A stretch of 64,000 nt of DNA, from assembly GCA_964645795.1 (NCBI GenBank), contig CAZYCL010000001.1, positions 223,194 to 287,193 on the forward strand, in the 5' to 3' direction. Below the pieces are notes generated by a model. The model ran no database searches. It was not told the origin of the DNA and saw only the letters and a list, made by a program, of their open reading frames with translations. This document shows positions 29,579 to 37,942 of this stretch, one piece after another (positions within the stretch are counted from its first letter, which is position 1; each line of letters begins with the position of its first letter). The stretch comes from an uncultured Planctomycetales bacterium. Lineage in GTDB: Bacteria; Omnitrophota; Gorgyraeia; Gygaellales; Profunditerraquicolaceae. Made by a program: the position numbers and the translations under genes.

Positions 29579-29648
29579 TCCGTAAACCGTAATTCGTAAA
29601 TCGTAATCCAACCGGCATTTACAAAATAGTAAAATTACGGATTACGGA
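29579..29648. repeat. four tandem heptads (T/A)(C/T)CGTAA, a 28-nt spacer, then two inverted copies TTACGGA; candidate RNA hairpin or regulatory element between lysS and lolC
   Basis: Read directly: TCCGTAA ACCGTAA TTCGTAA ATCGTAA at 29579-29606, and TTACGGA TTACGGA at 29635-29648. The second pair overlaps the lysS stop codon. Confidence 0.5.
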
Positions 29649-31087
29649 TTCTCCCGCCTCAACAACGGAAACAAAATCACATCGCGAATGGAAGGCTGGC
29701 CGGTAAGAAGCATCACCAGTCTGTCGATGCCCACGCCTAATCCAGCCGCGGGAGGCATGCCATGCTCAAGGGCGACAAGGTAATCCAGGTCCAGCTCTTT
29801 CTTCTCATCGGTATTAAGCTCTTTTATCTCTTCTTCGAAACGCCTTCTCTGCTCCAAGGGGTCGTTTAACTCCGAATAGGCGTTGGCGACCTCCATACCC
29901 GCTATATAAAGCTCGAACCTCTCCGAGATCAGGGGATCATCCTTCTTTGTCTTGGCCAGCGGACAAAGACTGGTAAAATAATCCGTGACGTAGGTCGGAG
30001 CCGAGCCGATCTTCTCCTCAAGGGCCTCTTCGATTATTTTGTTTATCTGTGAACGGGTAAGCCTTGAGGCGTCCCTGGCAAAACCCTTGTCCTGAAGCTT
30101 GCGCAGCATAAGCGCGGCATCATCTGAGGGCTCGATATCGAATCTTTCCTTGACCATACCGGCAAAGGAAAGCCGGCGCCAGTCGCTCTGCAGGTCTATC
30201 TTCTTCTCCTGGAAGACGATATCCTGCCTGCCCAGGACTTCCTTGGCGCAGGAAACGATCATCTCCTGTGTCAGGCGCATCATATCCCGGTAATCGGCGT
30301 AGGCGCAGTAAACCTCAAGCATGGTGAACTCCGGGTTATGCCGGGTAGAAACCCCTTCGTTGCGGAAGCTGCGGTTTATCTCATAGACCTTATCCATCCC
30401 CCCCACCAAAAGCCTCTTCAGATACAGCTCCGGCGCGATCCTCATATAAAGATCCATATCATACTCGTTGTGGTAGGTCTTAAAAGGCCTGCCTGCCGCC
30501 CCTCCTGCCACCGGATGCATCATGGGCGTTTCCACTTCGCAAAAGCCCTTTTCATCAAGGAAACCCCTGATGGTCTTGACGATCGCGCTGCGGGTAAGGA
30601 ATACTTTCTTCACATCTTGATTGGAGGCCAGGTCAAGATACCTCTGGCGATAACGCAGCTCTACGTCGCGCAGCCCGTGCCACTTCTCCGGTAAAGGCCT
30701 TAGGGACTTTGCCAGGAACACAAATTCGTTAACTTTAACCGTAGGCTCCTGGCTGCGGGTCTTAAAGAGCTCGCCCCTCACCCCCAGGAAATCCGCAACT
30801 TCAATATTCTCCAGCAGTTCAAACTTTTCCCTGCCTATAATGTCGGCCTTGATATAAAGCTGGATCTTGCCTGTATTGTCCGCAAGATCCATAAAGATGA
30901 CTTTACCGTGGAGCCTGCGGGCCACGATCCTGCCGCAGACAGAGACCTCTTTATTCTCCCGGAAGTCGGCGATCTCCTTGCCTATATCGCTATGCTCAAA
31001 AGCTTCGCCAGGGTATACGGATACGCCCTTTGCCGAAAGCGCGTCGAGCTTATTTTTTCTCTGCTGGATTATTTCGGTAAGTTCCAT
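29642..31087 (-). CDS. lysS: lysine--tRNA ligase (class II)
   Basis: 481 aa with an N-terminal OB anticodon-binding domain and class II motifs in the C-terminal half. Confidence 0.9.
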   Translation of the reverse strand: MELTEIIQQRKNKLDALSAKGVSVYPGEAFEHSDIGKEIADFRENKEVSVCGRIVARRLHGKVIFMDLADNTGKIQLYIKADIIGREKFELLENIEVADFLGVRGELFKTRSQEPTVKVNEFVFLAKSLRPLPEKWHGLRDVELRYRQRYLDLASNQDVKKVFLTRSAIVKTIRGFLDEKGFCEVETPMMHPVAGGAAGRPFKTYHNEYDMDLYMRIAPELYLKRLLVGGMDKVYEINRSFRNEGVSTRHNPEFTMLEVYCAYADYRDMMRLTQEMIVSCAKEVLGRQDIVFQEKKIDLQSDWRRLSFAGMVKERFDIEPSDDAALMLRKLQDKGFARDASRLTRSQINKIIEEALEEKIGSAPTYVTDYFTSLCPLAKTKKDDPLISERFELYIAGMEVANAYSELNDPLEQRRRFEEEIKELNTDEKKELDLDYLVALEHGMPPAAGLGVGIDRLVMLLTGQPSIRDVILFPLLRRENP

Positions 31088-31096
31088 AGAATATAG

Positions 31097-31125
31097 ATTA
31101 TATCCGAATAGGAAATAACTGTCAA
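31097..31125 (-). promoter_or_regulatory. perfect consensus sigma70 promoter (TTGACA-N17-TATAAT) for lysS, giving a leaderless or near-leaderless mRNA
   Basis: On the minus strand, TTGACA lies at 31125-31120, the spacer is exactly 17 nt, and TATAAT lies at 31102-31097. Only 9 nt separate the -10 from the lysS ATG, and there is no Shine-Dalgarno. Confidence 0.55.
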
Positions 31126-31163
31126 ACTAATAAACGCTTAACCGTTGGGGATGAAGCACCGAT

Positions 31164-31194
31164 AAAAGGCCCCGTTTGGCTACCGGGGCCTTTT
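31164..31194. terminator. bidirectional rho-independent terminator downstream of htpX
   Basis: AAAA-GGCCCCG-(9 nt loop)-CGGGGCC-TTTT. A 7-bp GC stem is flanked by an A-run and a T-run. Confidence 0.55.
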
Positions 31195-31216
31195 CCATAT
31201 AATTGTCGGCTCTTAA

Positions 31217-32185
31217 TCAGGCGCTGTAAGGGGAGTATTTGGAGAGTTGCTTGATCCTTTTGAGCATATTGGGATGGGTGCTCATCGCCTCTAAAAGCTT
31301 GTCTCCCAGGCTTAAGCGGACGCTCTTGTTGCGCATAGCCTCAAGCTCCGATGCGCTTAAAGAACCGCTTTTGTCAAGGTCCAGAGAGCTAAGCTCCCTG
31401 ACTTCCTTCAGGCCCCGCGAAGGGTCGTTTACAAAAAAAGCCTTTAAGCCTTCGGTCTCCCTGACCGCCGACTTATCGGCGCGGGCAGCGCCATAGGCCA
31501 GTTTATAAAGGCTGGAGGCAAGCGCCTGCGGCTTGTTACCCAAGAGCACCGAGCCCCTGTCGGCAAAGTACTCCCTTATGCGGGAGGCATAAAGCACCAG
31601 AAGGTTGGTAATAAAGTACATCAAAAAAGCCGCTATTCCGATCAGCGCGGTATTGCCCCTCTCATCCCTCCTGCGGCCGTAAAACAAAAACTGCCAGGCG
31701 ATCCTGTACATGATCATCGGTATCACGGACAGCAGGGTGATAGTAAGCACGTCGCGGTTCTTGATATGGCTTAGCTCATGGCCCAGCACCGCCTTAAGCT
31801 CATCATTATCAAGCAGCCTGATTATGCCCTCGGTGACGCAGACCCTGGAGTCTGCCAACCCCCTGCCGAAGGCAAAGGCATTGGGTATCCCGATCGCAGC
31901 AATGCCTATCCTGGGCATGGGGATCCGGGCGCGGACAGCCAGCTCTTCCACCATGGCGTAAAGCCTGGGGTTTTCTTCTCTTTTGATGTACTTTACCCGC
32001 ATCGTCCACTCTACGATCTTTGGCCCGAGCATATACTGGATAAACATCAACACCAGCGATATGGCGGCGTAAAAGTAAAAACCGCCGAACCCGAAAAATC
32101 TCGTCCCGAGGACCACCGCCACGGCATAAATTATACCGAATAAAGCGGTAAGCAACAGCCACATCCGTAATTTTAGCGACCACAT
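31217..32185 (-). CDS. htpX: zinc metalloprotease HtpX-like (M48 family, membrane)
   Basis: N-terminal TM helices plus an HELSH zinc motif. A strong AAGGAG Shine-Dalgarno lies 7 nt upstream of the ATG. Confidence 0.65.
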   Translation of the reverse strand: MWSLKLRMWLLLTALFGIIYAVAVVLGTRFFGFGGFYFYAAISLVLMFIQYMLGPKIVEWTMRVKYIKREENPRLYAMVEELAVRARIPMPRIGIAAIGIPNAFAFGRGLADSRVCVTEGIIRLLDNDELKAVLGHELSHIKNRDVLTITLLSVIPMIMYRIAWQFLFYGRRRDERGNTALIGIAAFLMYFITNLLVLYASRIREYFADRGSVLLGNKPQALASSLYKLAYGAARADKSAVRETEGLKAFFVNDPSRGLKEVRELSSLDLDKSGSLSASELEAMRNKSVRLSLGDKLLEAMSTHPNMLKRIKQLSKYSPYSA

Positions 32186-32263
32186 ACCCGGCTCCTTTAT
32201 GGTTTTTGTTTACTAGATTGCTGCCTTGAGATTGGATCGAAGCGGAAAAACCCGGCCCTGAAG

Positions 32264-32668
32264 TTACTTCGTTATGTCGGCCTTTATTATATACTTGATC
32301 AAGCTTTTGTCAATACGGTCGGTAACCACGTAGATCACCTGCCTGGTCTGGCCTGAATATCCCCTGGTGTCAAACTTTACCTCAATGGCAGTGGATTCAC
32401 CCGGCAAAAGCTTATTTTTCCTGGCCCTGGCAACCGTGCACCCGCATGTAGTACGGGCGGTCAGGACATTGAATGGCTTTGCGGTGTCGTTATTCAAAAT
32501 AAAATCATGGCGCAGGACGCTGCCTTCTTTGGCTTGTCCGAAATTCCAGGCATAAATACTTTGTGTCCTGCGGCGAGCCCTTTGATCCGGAGCCGAACGT
32601 ATGAAATAATATATCGCTACCGCCAACAATACCGCAATAAATACATAGAGAAGCTTTCTTTTTTCCAT
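32264..32668 (-). CDS. DUF1573 domain protein (secreted or membrane-anchored Ig-like)
   Basis: 134 aa with an N-terminal anchor and a core W-x-FG...TCGCT motif typical of DUF1573. Confidence 0.5.
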   Translation of the reverse strand: MEKRKLLYVFIAVLLAVAIYYFIRSAPDQRARRRTQSIYAWNFGQAKEGSVLRHDFILNNDTAKPFNVLTARTTCGCTVARARKNKLLPGESTAIEVKFDTRGYSGQTRQVIYVVTDRIDKSLIKYIIKADITK

Positions 32669-32669
32669 A

Positions 32670-33851
32670 TTATATCCCCCTGATTAAGATTATGCCCAGC
32701 CCTAAGAACAAAGCTGCCATAAGCATCTTTACCTGCAACAGGTATTTACGGAACAGGCGAGCGGCCGTAGCGCTGTTCACTCCTGCCAGCACGACCAGGA
32801 ATATGGCCGCCATAGGCAGTATGAACATGAGATTATACAAGAAGATAAGAGCGACCCCCTGGAGCTTATAGGGGGTGTTCTTGATTATAAATGCCACGGT
32901 AGGAAAATAGATCTGCCCGGTACAGACCGCCTCAAGCAGCGAAACCAGAAATCCCGTAACGAAACTGGCGCACATAAGCGCGCTTAGCCCCCGGCGCCCT
33001 GCCGCGGCGTCCCGGTCCTTACGGTAATGGGCGCCGATTATCCGCTGTATCCGGCTCTTGACTGCGGCAGGCAGCTGCAGGATAAAGCCTTCGGTATCCT
33101 TCTTGAAGATAATCCTTGCTATATCGTAGAGGGTAAAAAGACCGAGGGCGATGCTTGCTGCCCCTACCACGATATTGAAGGCTGAGGAGATCAGGGAAAA
33201 GCTCCTTAGGCGGTAGAAAAAGCCCAAAAGCCCCATTCCAATAAGAAAATACGTTAAGAATACCGCCAGGATAAAGAAAATACCGACAGCGGCTACTTCC
33301 CTTTTTCTGTAACCCTGCAGGCTCAAGAATGAAAGAAAGAAAAGTATAACGGTGAAGGCGCAGGGGTTTATGCCGTCGATGGCGCCGGCCGAGATCACCG
33401 CCCAGGGGGCGAACGACCTGAAGACATCGTAGATATCGTCTGTGTGGCTTGGCCGTGCGGGCTCTGCCGGCCTGGAGGAAAAGTTAGCGTTTATGAAACG
33501 ACGCAAGGACAATTCATCGGTGGAATGCCCCCTGTAGAAACTGCCATTGAGATAATAAAGAGGGACTTTGATTTTTAATACGGGGTCATGCTCTCTTCTC
33601 AATCTTAAGAGCAGCTTGAAGTTCTCGGTCTCCGATAGATCCTTATAGACGAACTCGACCGAAGATTTGAAATGCTCCTTGAGCCTGGGAACGGTCTTGT
33701 ACTTCACGTTCAGGCATTGGCGGCAGGAAGGCGAATAAAAGATCAGGAGCTCGGCCTTATCGGCGCAAAAAGCAGTTGCGGGCCCCAGAAATAAAGATGC
33801 GCCGATAGACGCCGCTACAATAAGAAAAATCGACCTGGTCTTCATATGCAA
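32670..33851 (-). CDS. thioredoxin-like domain fused to a CcdA/DsbD-type transmembrane thiol-disulfide transporter
   Basis: Signal peptide, a periplasmic CxxC (CRQC) thioredoxin-like module, then a multi-TM domain with the two conserved CcdA cysteines (GINPCAF and LEAVCTGQ). Confidence 0.55.
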   Translation of the reverse strand: MHMKTRSIFLIVAASIGASLFLGPATAFCADKAELLIFYSPSCRQCLNVKYKTVPRLKEHFKSSVEFVYKDLSETENFKLLLRLRREHDPVLKIKVPLYYLNGSFYRGHSTDELSLRRFINANFSSRPAEPARPSHTDDIYDVFRSFAPWAVISAGAIDGINPCAFTVILFFLSFLSLQGYRKREVAAVGIFFILAVFLTYFLIGMGLLGFFYRLRSFSLISSAFNIVVGAASIALGLFTLYDIARIIFKKDTEGFILQLPAAVKSRIQRIIGAHYRKDRDAAAGRRGLSALMCASFVTGFLVSLLEAVCTGQIYFPTVAFIIKNTPYKLQGVALIFLYNLMFILPMAAIFLVVLAGVNSATAARLFRKYLLQVKMLMAALFLGLGIILIRGI

Positions 33852-33853
33852 AA

Positions 33854-35554
33854 TTAATTAGCGACTGTGGACTTGACGGCTTCGGCCTGCTTGATCAGCT
33901 TCTCAACAAGCTCAAGCCTCTCCCTTGCTCTGGCATTGGCGGGATCGATCCTTAAGGCCGCGGCGTACTGCCTCCTGGCTTCTTCAAACCTTCCCAGAAC
34001 CCTGTAGACCTCTCCGAGGTTAAAAACTGCATCCAAGAACTTCGGTTGGAGGCTCACCGCGCGCTCAAAAGCAGAAATCGCCTCCGCGTATTTGCCGTCA
34101 GACCAAAGGCACCAGCCGTAATTGTTATAAGCGGGGGCGAAGTTAGGGTTTATGCGGATGGCCTTGGTAAGCGCCACCATCGCCTCCTTAAGCTCGCCCT
34201 GATAAGCGTAAGCATACCCCAGGTTGTAATTACAATGGAAACTGAAAGGATTGGAAGCCAAAAACCTCTTGTATTCAACGATAGCCTCCTCCACCAGGCC
34301 CAGGCTTATATAGATGTAGCCAAGGTTTATGATCACCGCCTCGTTATCGGGGCTGAGCTTAAGCGCCCTTCTGGCCAACTCCAGCGCCGTAACGGGGTTC
34401 TCCTTCCATAAATACGCTATAGCTTTGCCGGTAAAAGACTCGCTGTCCTTGGGGTTCATCTCCAGGGCGCGGTCAAAATAACGCAGGGCTTCGTTGAACT
34501 TCTGCGGCTGAGAGAACCTTTTGCCTTCATCCAAAAATACGTATCCTTCCTGCCTGTACCTGGCCACAATCTTGGGGATAGCGCTGGATTTTATGTAAGC
34601 GGCTATCTCAGTCCCCTGGAACATGTTTTCCGTGCTTTCAAACACCTCCTTGGCCCTGGAGGGATTCTTCAGGTCATATAAAAAGGTATTGGCGGTCTGC
34701 AGCTGCGAAAGCTGGGCGATTATGTAGTCTTTATCGTCGATGGATATCTTCTGATACATCCTGATCGCCGCGTCAAAATCACCCTTCTGCCGGTAGATCT
34801 CTCCCAGCTGGTAACGACAGAGGTTTATCAGATCCTCGTCCCCGGAGTCCTTTATGATACGCTCAAACTCTGCTATAGAAGCTCCCAGATTACCCCTTAG
34901 CTTTTCGTTCCAGGCAAGATTGAACCTGATCTTTTCGGCAAGCTGCGAATCAGGCGAATACGAGAGGGCTTTTTCGTAAGCCTCTCTTGCCTTTTCGTGA
35001 TCGGAAAGCCCCGAACAGATATTCCCAAGCTTGAAGTACGCCTGCTGGAGCTGGTCATGATCTATGAGTTCTTTGGCCTTCTGCTCAAGGCGGCCGGTCT
35101 CAGCCATCATCCCATCCTCAAGGCTGCGCACAGGCACGGGAGCTACGACCTTGCCTACCCTCTCAAGCATAGACAGTATCGCCGGCCTGGCCTGCTCCTT
35201 CTGCCTGATCACTTCATTCAGGACGAACTTTACGTCTTCAAGCTGAGCGGATTCGCTGGCCTTGGCCAGGATATCTTTAGCCATGCCGATGCGCGCGATA
35301 TTATCGACGTTAGGCTTTTTAGCAGAGAGCTCTGCCAGGAGAGAATAGTCCAGGGCAGAAATAAGGTTTTTGGCCTCGCCGATGTCCTGCAGGTTATTGA
35401 CGTTCTCCAGCGTCTTTTTAAGCCTGACAAGAGAGTTATCTACAAGGTAGGTGTTGTAAACGAAGAAGAAAAGGATAATCAGGAGCAGTGCTGCGGCAGC
35501 CTTATAGGTATTCTTGACCAGGGCGGGGATCATTCTTGCCGTCTTTGGCTTCAT
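33854..35554 (-). CDS. tetratricopeptide (TPR) repeat protein with an N-terminal membrane anchor
   Basis: 566 aa with an N-terminal TM helix and many TPR-like 34-aa repeats (AxxxYxxAL, GxxxEA). Confidence 0.55.
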   Translation of the reverse strand: MKPKTARMIPALVKNTYKAAAALLLIILFFFVYNTYLVDNSLVRLKKTLENVNNLQDIGEAKNLISALDYSLLAELSAKKPNVDNIARIGMAKDILAKASESAQLEDVKFVLNEVIRQKEQARPAILSMLERVGKVVAPVPVRSLEDGMMAETGRLEQKAKELIDHDQLQQAYFKLGNICSGLSDHEKAREAYEKALSYSPDSQLAEKIRFNLAWNEKLRGNLGASIAEFERIIKDSGDEDLINLCRYQLGEIYRQKGDFDAAIRMYQKISIDDKDYIIAQLSQLQTANTFLYDLKNPSRAKEVFESTENMFQGTEIAAYIKSSAIPKIVARYRQEGYVFLDEGKRFSQPQKFNEALRYFDRALEMNPKDSESFTGKAIAYLWKENPVTALELARRALKLSPDNEAVIINLGYIYISLGLVEEAIVEYKRFLASNPFSFHCNYNLGYAYAYQGELKEAMVALTKAIRINPNFAPAYNNYGWCLWSDGKYAEAISAFERAVSLQPKFLDAVFNLGEVYRVLGRFEEARRQYAAALRIDPANARARERLELVEKLIKQAEAVKSTVAN

Positions 35555-35609
35555 AATTATTCCTTTGGATTTTTATTATAACAAACGGCTTATCAGCGTC
35601 AATAAGTAT

Positions 35610-35638
35610 TTGACCGAGCCGTTATTGTAAGATATACT
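35610..35638 (+). promoter_or_regulatory. sigma70-type promoter (TTGACC-N17-TATACT) for the HAMP-GGDEF gene
   Basis: TTGACC at 35610-35615, a 17-nt spacer, and TATACT at 35633-35638. It is 30 nt upstream of the ATG, in the divergent intergenic region. Confidence 0.45.
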
Positions 35639-35668
35639 GATTAGCGAATTTTAACTACTATTATAACC

Positions 35669-37036
35669 ATGACCGGAACCCGGCTTACCCTGCAAAACCG
35701 CATCGCCACCCTGATGGTAATATTCTCCTTCATTTTCATCGGGGTCTTTACGCTTATCCAGCTTAACAGCCAGTTGGCCAACATAAACCGTTATAACGCC
35801 TACCAGGCCAACCTCTCAAGCATAATCGCCAGGAATACATTTGAGGCGATCTCCAGCCAAATTGAACAAAAAGGCGGCGAATATTCCGCTTATATCCAGA
35901 ACGCCGTATCTAAGCTGACCGAGGCCAATATCATCAATGACGCCGTTATTTTCGACAAGAACGGCAATATCGTGGCGGCGGACAAGAAAGAACTGGTAGG
36001 CGACTCTGCGCGATACAGGGACCTGGGCAAGATGCATGAACTCAGCCTCGGGGCCTCAAAAGGCAAACTATTCCTGCCCGAGATAGACAACCTCAACCAC
36101 CGTCTTTATATGTACATGGTCTTCGGCAGCTCCGAGCAGAACTCCGAGGGCTACTGCGCCAAGATCGGGTTTTCCCTGGGCAACATCCAGGAGGCGTTTG
36201 TCGCCGTCTATAAACCGGTGATCTTAACCGCGGCCATCATCGTCCTGCTTAATATTATTTTGGCGTACTTCTTGTCCAAAGCCGTGGTCGGCCCGGTAAG
36301 GATGCTCAATGAAGTCACCAAGATCATCGCCGGGGGCAACCTTTCCATACGCACGCGCATCAATACCAGGGATGAGCTCCAGGAGTTGGGCGAGACGTTC
36401 AATGAAATGACCGAGGAGCTAGTCAAAATGAAGGAGCGCGCCGAGAACGCCAACCCCCTGACAAAGCTACCCGGAAATATCGTCATCCAGGAAGAGATCA
36501 ACAAATGCCTGGAGGCCAGAAAAAAATTCCTGGTTGTCTACTGCGACCTCGATAACTTCAAGGCCTTTAACGACAAATACGGAATAGCCCAGGGAGATGA
36601 GGCCATAAAGCTGACTGCCAGGATATTTAAGGAAGCGGTGGCTAAAACTGGCAATAAGGAGGATTTTGTGGGGCATGAGGGCGGAGACGACTTCATAATC
36701 CTGACCACGCCCGACAAAGGCCAGGCCATGACGGAATATATCACAGGAGAGTTCGACAAAGAGATACGCAGCCTTTACTCCAAGGATGATCTGGAGCGCG
36801 GAGGCATCGTAGCCCACGGGCGCGACGGCACGGTCAAGAACTTCCCTATCATGACTATCTCTCTGGCCGGGGTTACCAACGGCCACCGGGAGATCTCAAG
36901 CTACGGCGAGGTCACTAATATTGCCGCGGAAGTCAAAAAGAAAGCCAAGTCTATCGGCAAAAGCGTATTTGTGCTGGATAAAAGAAAAGGTGAACCTTCA
37001 GGAGTTGGACCTGAAGGAAGGCAGGGGGTGGCTTAA
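35669..37036 (+). CDS. membrane sensor with HAMP domain and a GGDEF-like domain (degenerate GGDDF motif)
   Basis: N-terminal TM, periplasmic region and second TM; then a HAMP linker and a GGDEF-family domain (DLDNFKAFNDKYG...GHEGGDDFIIL). Confidence 0.55.
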   Translation: MTGTRLTLQNRIATLMVIFSFIFIGVFTLIQLNSQLANINRYNAYQANLSSIIARNTFEAISSQIEQKGGEYSAYIQNAVSKLTEANIINDAVIFDKNGNIVAADKKELVGDSARYRDLGKMHELSLGASKGKLFLPEIDNLNHRLYMYMVFGSSEQNSEGYCAKIGFSLGNIQEAFVAVYKPVILTAAIIVLLNIILAYFLSKAVVGPVRMLNEVTKIIAGGNLSIRTRINTRDELQELGETFNEMTEELVKMKERAENANPLTKLPGNIVIQEEINKCLEARKKFLVVYCDLDNFKAFNDKYGIAQGDEAIKLTARIFKEAVAKTGNKEDFVGHEGGDDFIILTTPDKGQAMTEYITGEFDKEIRSLYSKDDLERGGIVAHGRDGTVKNFPIMTISLAGVTNGHREISSYGEVTNIAAEVKKKAKSIGKSVFVLDKRKGEPSGVGPEGRQGVA

Positions 37037-37255
37037 TATCAGGGCTACGTTGTCCCTCTCGTCTCCGTATCTTTTCTTCTTGAGGAAGCCGTCGTCGGAA
37101 TCCTTATCTTCTTGCAACTGGTCATCGTCTTCAGGCCTGACACGGGAAGCCTCCGGAAGCTGAGTAACGCTAACGGCCTGAGAAAAGACCTGCCCGCAGG
37201 TAAAAACCCCGAAGACAAATATACCTATAATCGTAATAACCAGTAAATTTTTCAT
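36998..37255 (-). CDS. hypothetical small secreted acidic protein
   Basis: 85 aa with signal peptide MKNLLVITIIGIFVFGVFTCGQVFSQA and an Asp/Glu-rich core. It overlaps the GGDEF gene 3' end by 39 bp on the opposite strand, so it could be spurious. Confidence 0.3.
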   Translation of the reverse strand: MKNLLVITIIGIFVFGVFTCGQVFSQAVSVTQLPEASRVRPEDDDQLQEDKDSDDGFLKKKRYGDERDNVALILSHPLPSFRSNS

Positions 37256-37297
37256 CTTTTTCCTCTATTTATAGTATGCCATAAAAAATGGCCTAAG

Positions 37298-37942
37298 TCA
37301 AACCCCCTGAAGCCTGAAGCCGGCCTTTTTTGCGGTATCCCAACGCCTGTTAATACTTATCCAGCAAGAGGTTAGGATAAGCCGGATATCCAGCCATAAG
37401 CACTGGTTCTCAATATACCAGATATCATACTCGGTTTTCTTGCTTATGGATATATCCCGGGGTGCGAATACCTGGGCGACACCGGTAAGGCCGGGCCTGA
37501 CCAAAAGCCGCTTATGGCAGCTTTCGCTACAGGGGCCCTGGGGGCTGTTAACATCCTGCTGAATCTCCCTTAACCTTAATGGCCTGGGCCCCACAAAGGA
37601 CATCTGGCCACTGGCTATATTTAAAAGCTGCGGCAGCTCATCCATGGCAGTCCTGCGAAGCCACCTGCCGACCAACGTCACCCTGGGGTCATCCTCGCGC
37701 GCCTGCACAGGGCCGGTATCCTTTTCGGCATCCTTTATCATCGACCGGAATTTCAGGCTTTTGAATATCCTGCCATACCTGCCCACCCTCTCCTGAGAGT
37801 AAAATACCGGCAGCCCGTCCTCCAGCCATATGGCGTAACTGAAAATTGCCCAAAGCGGCAGACTGAAAAACATGCCGGTTACAGCCAGGGTAAAATCAAG
37901 AAACCTCTTCAGGGAATAACCGCTATCTTTCATCTCTTGCAC
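37298..37942 (-). CDS. polyprenyl-phosphate sugar-1-phosphate transferase (bacterial sugar transferase family, small PglC/WecP-like type)
   Basis: 214 aa with an N-terminal re-entrant helix plus the motifs KFRSM, DELPQL and PGLTGVAQV. It is the initiating enzyme of the glycan locus. Confidence 0.75.
   Translation of the reverse strand: MQEMKDSGYSLKRFLDFTLAVTGMFFSLPLWAIFSYAIWLEDGLPVFYSQERVGRYGRIFKSLKFRSMIKDAEKDTGPVQAREDDPRVTLVGRWLRRTAMDELPQLLNIASGQMSFVGPRPLRLREIQQDVNSPQGPCSESCHKRLLVRPGLTGVAQVFAPRDISISKKTEYDIWYIENQCLWLDIRLILTSCWISINRRWDTAKKAGFRLQGV

Noticed and set aside
29579-29648. Possible CRISPR array, because of the regular short repeats
   Set aside because: The repeat unit is only 7 bp, the copies are contiguous with no spacers, and there are no cas genes. 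It is a tandem heptad array, not CRISPR.
37325-37345. GCCGGCC followed by TTTTTT, as a possible plus-strand intrinsic terminator
   Set aside because: The stem is only a 6-bp self-complementary GCCGGC, and it lies 290 bp from the nearest plus-strand gene end. It is too weak and ambiguous to call.
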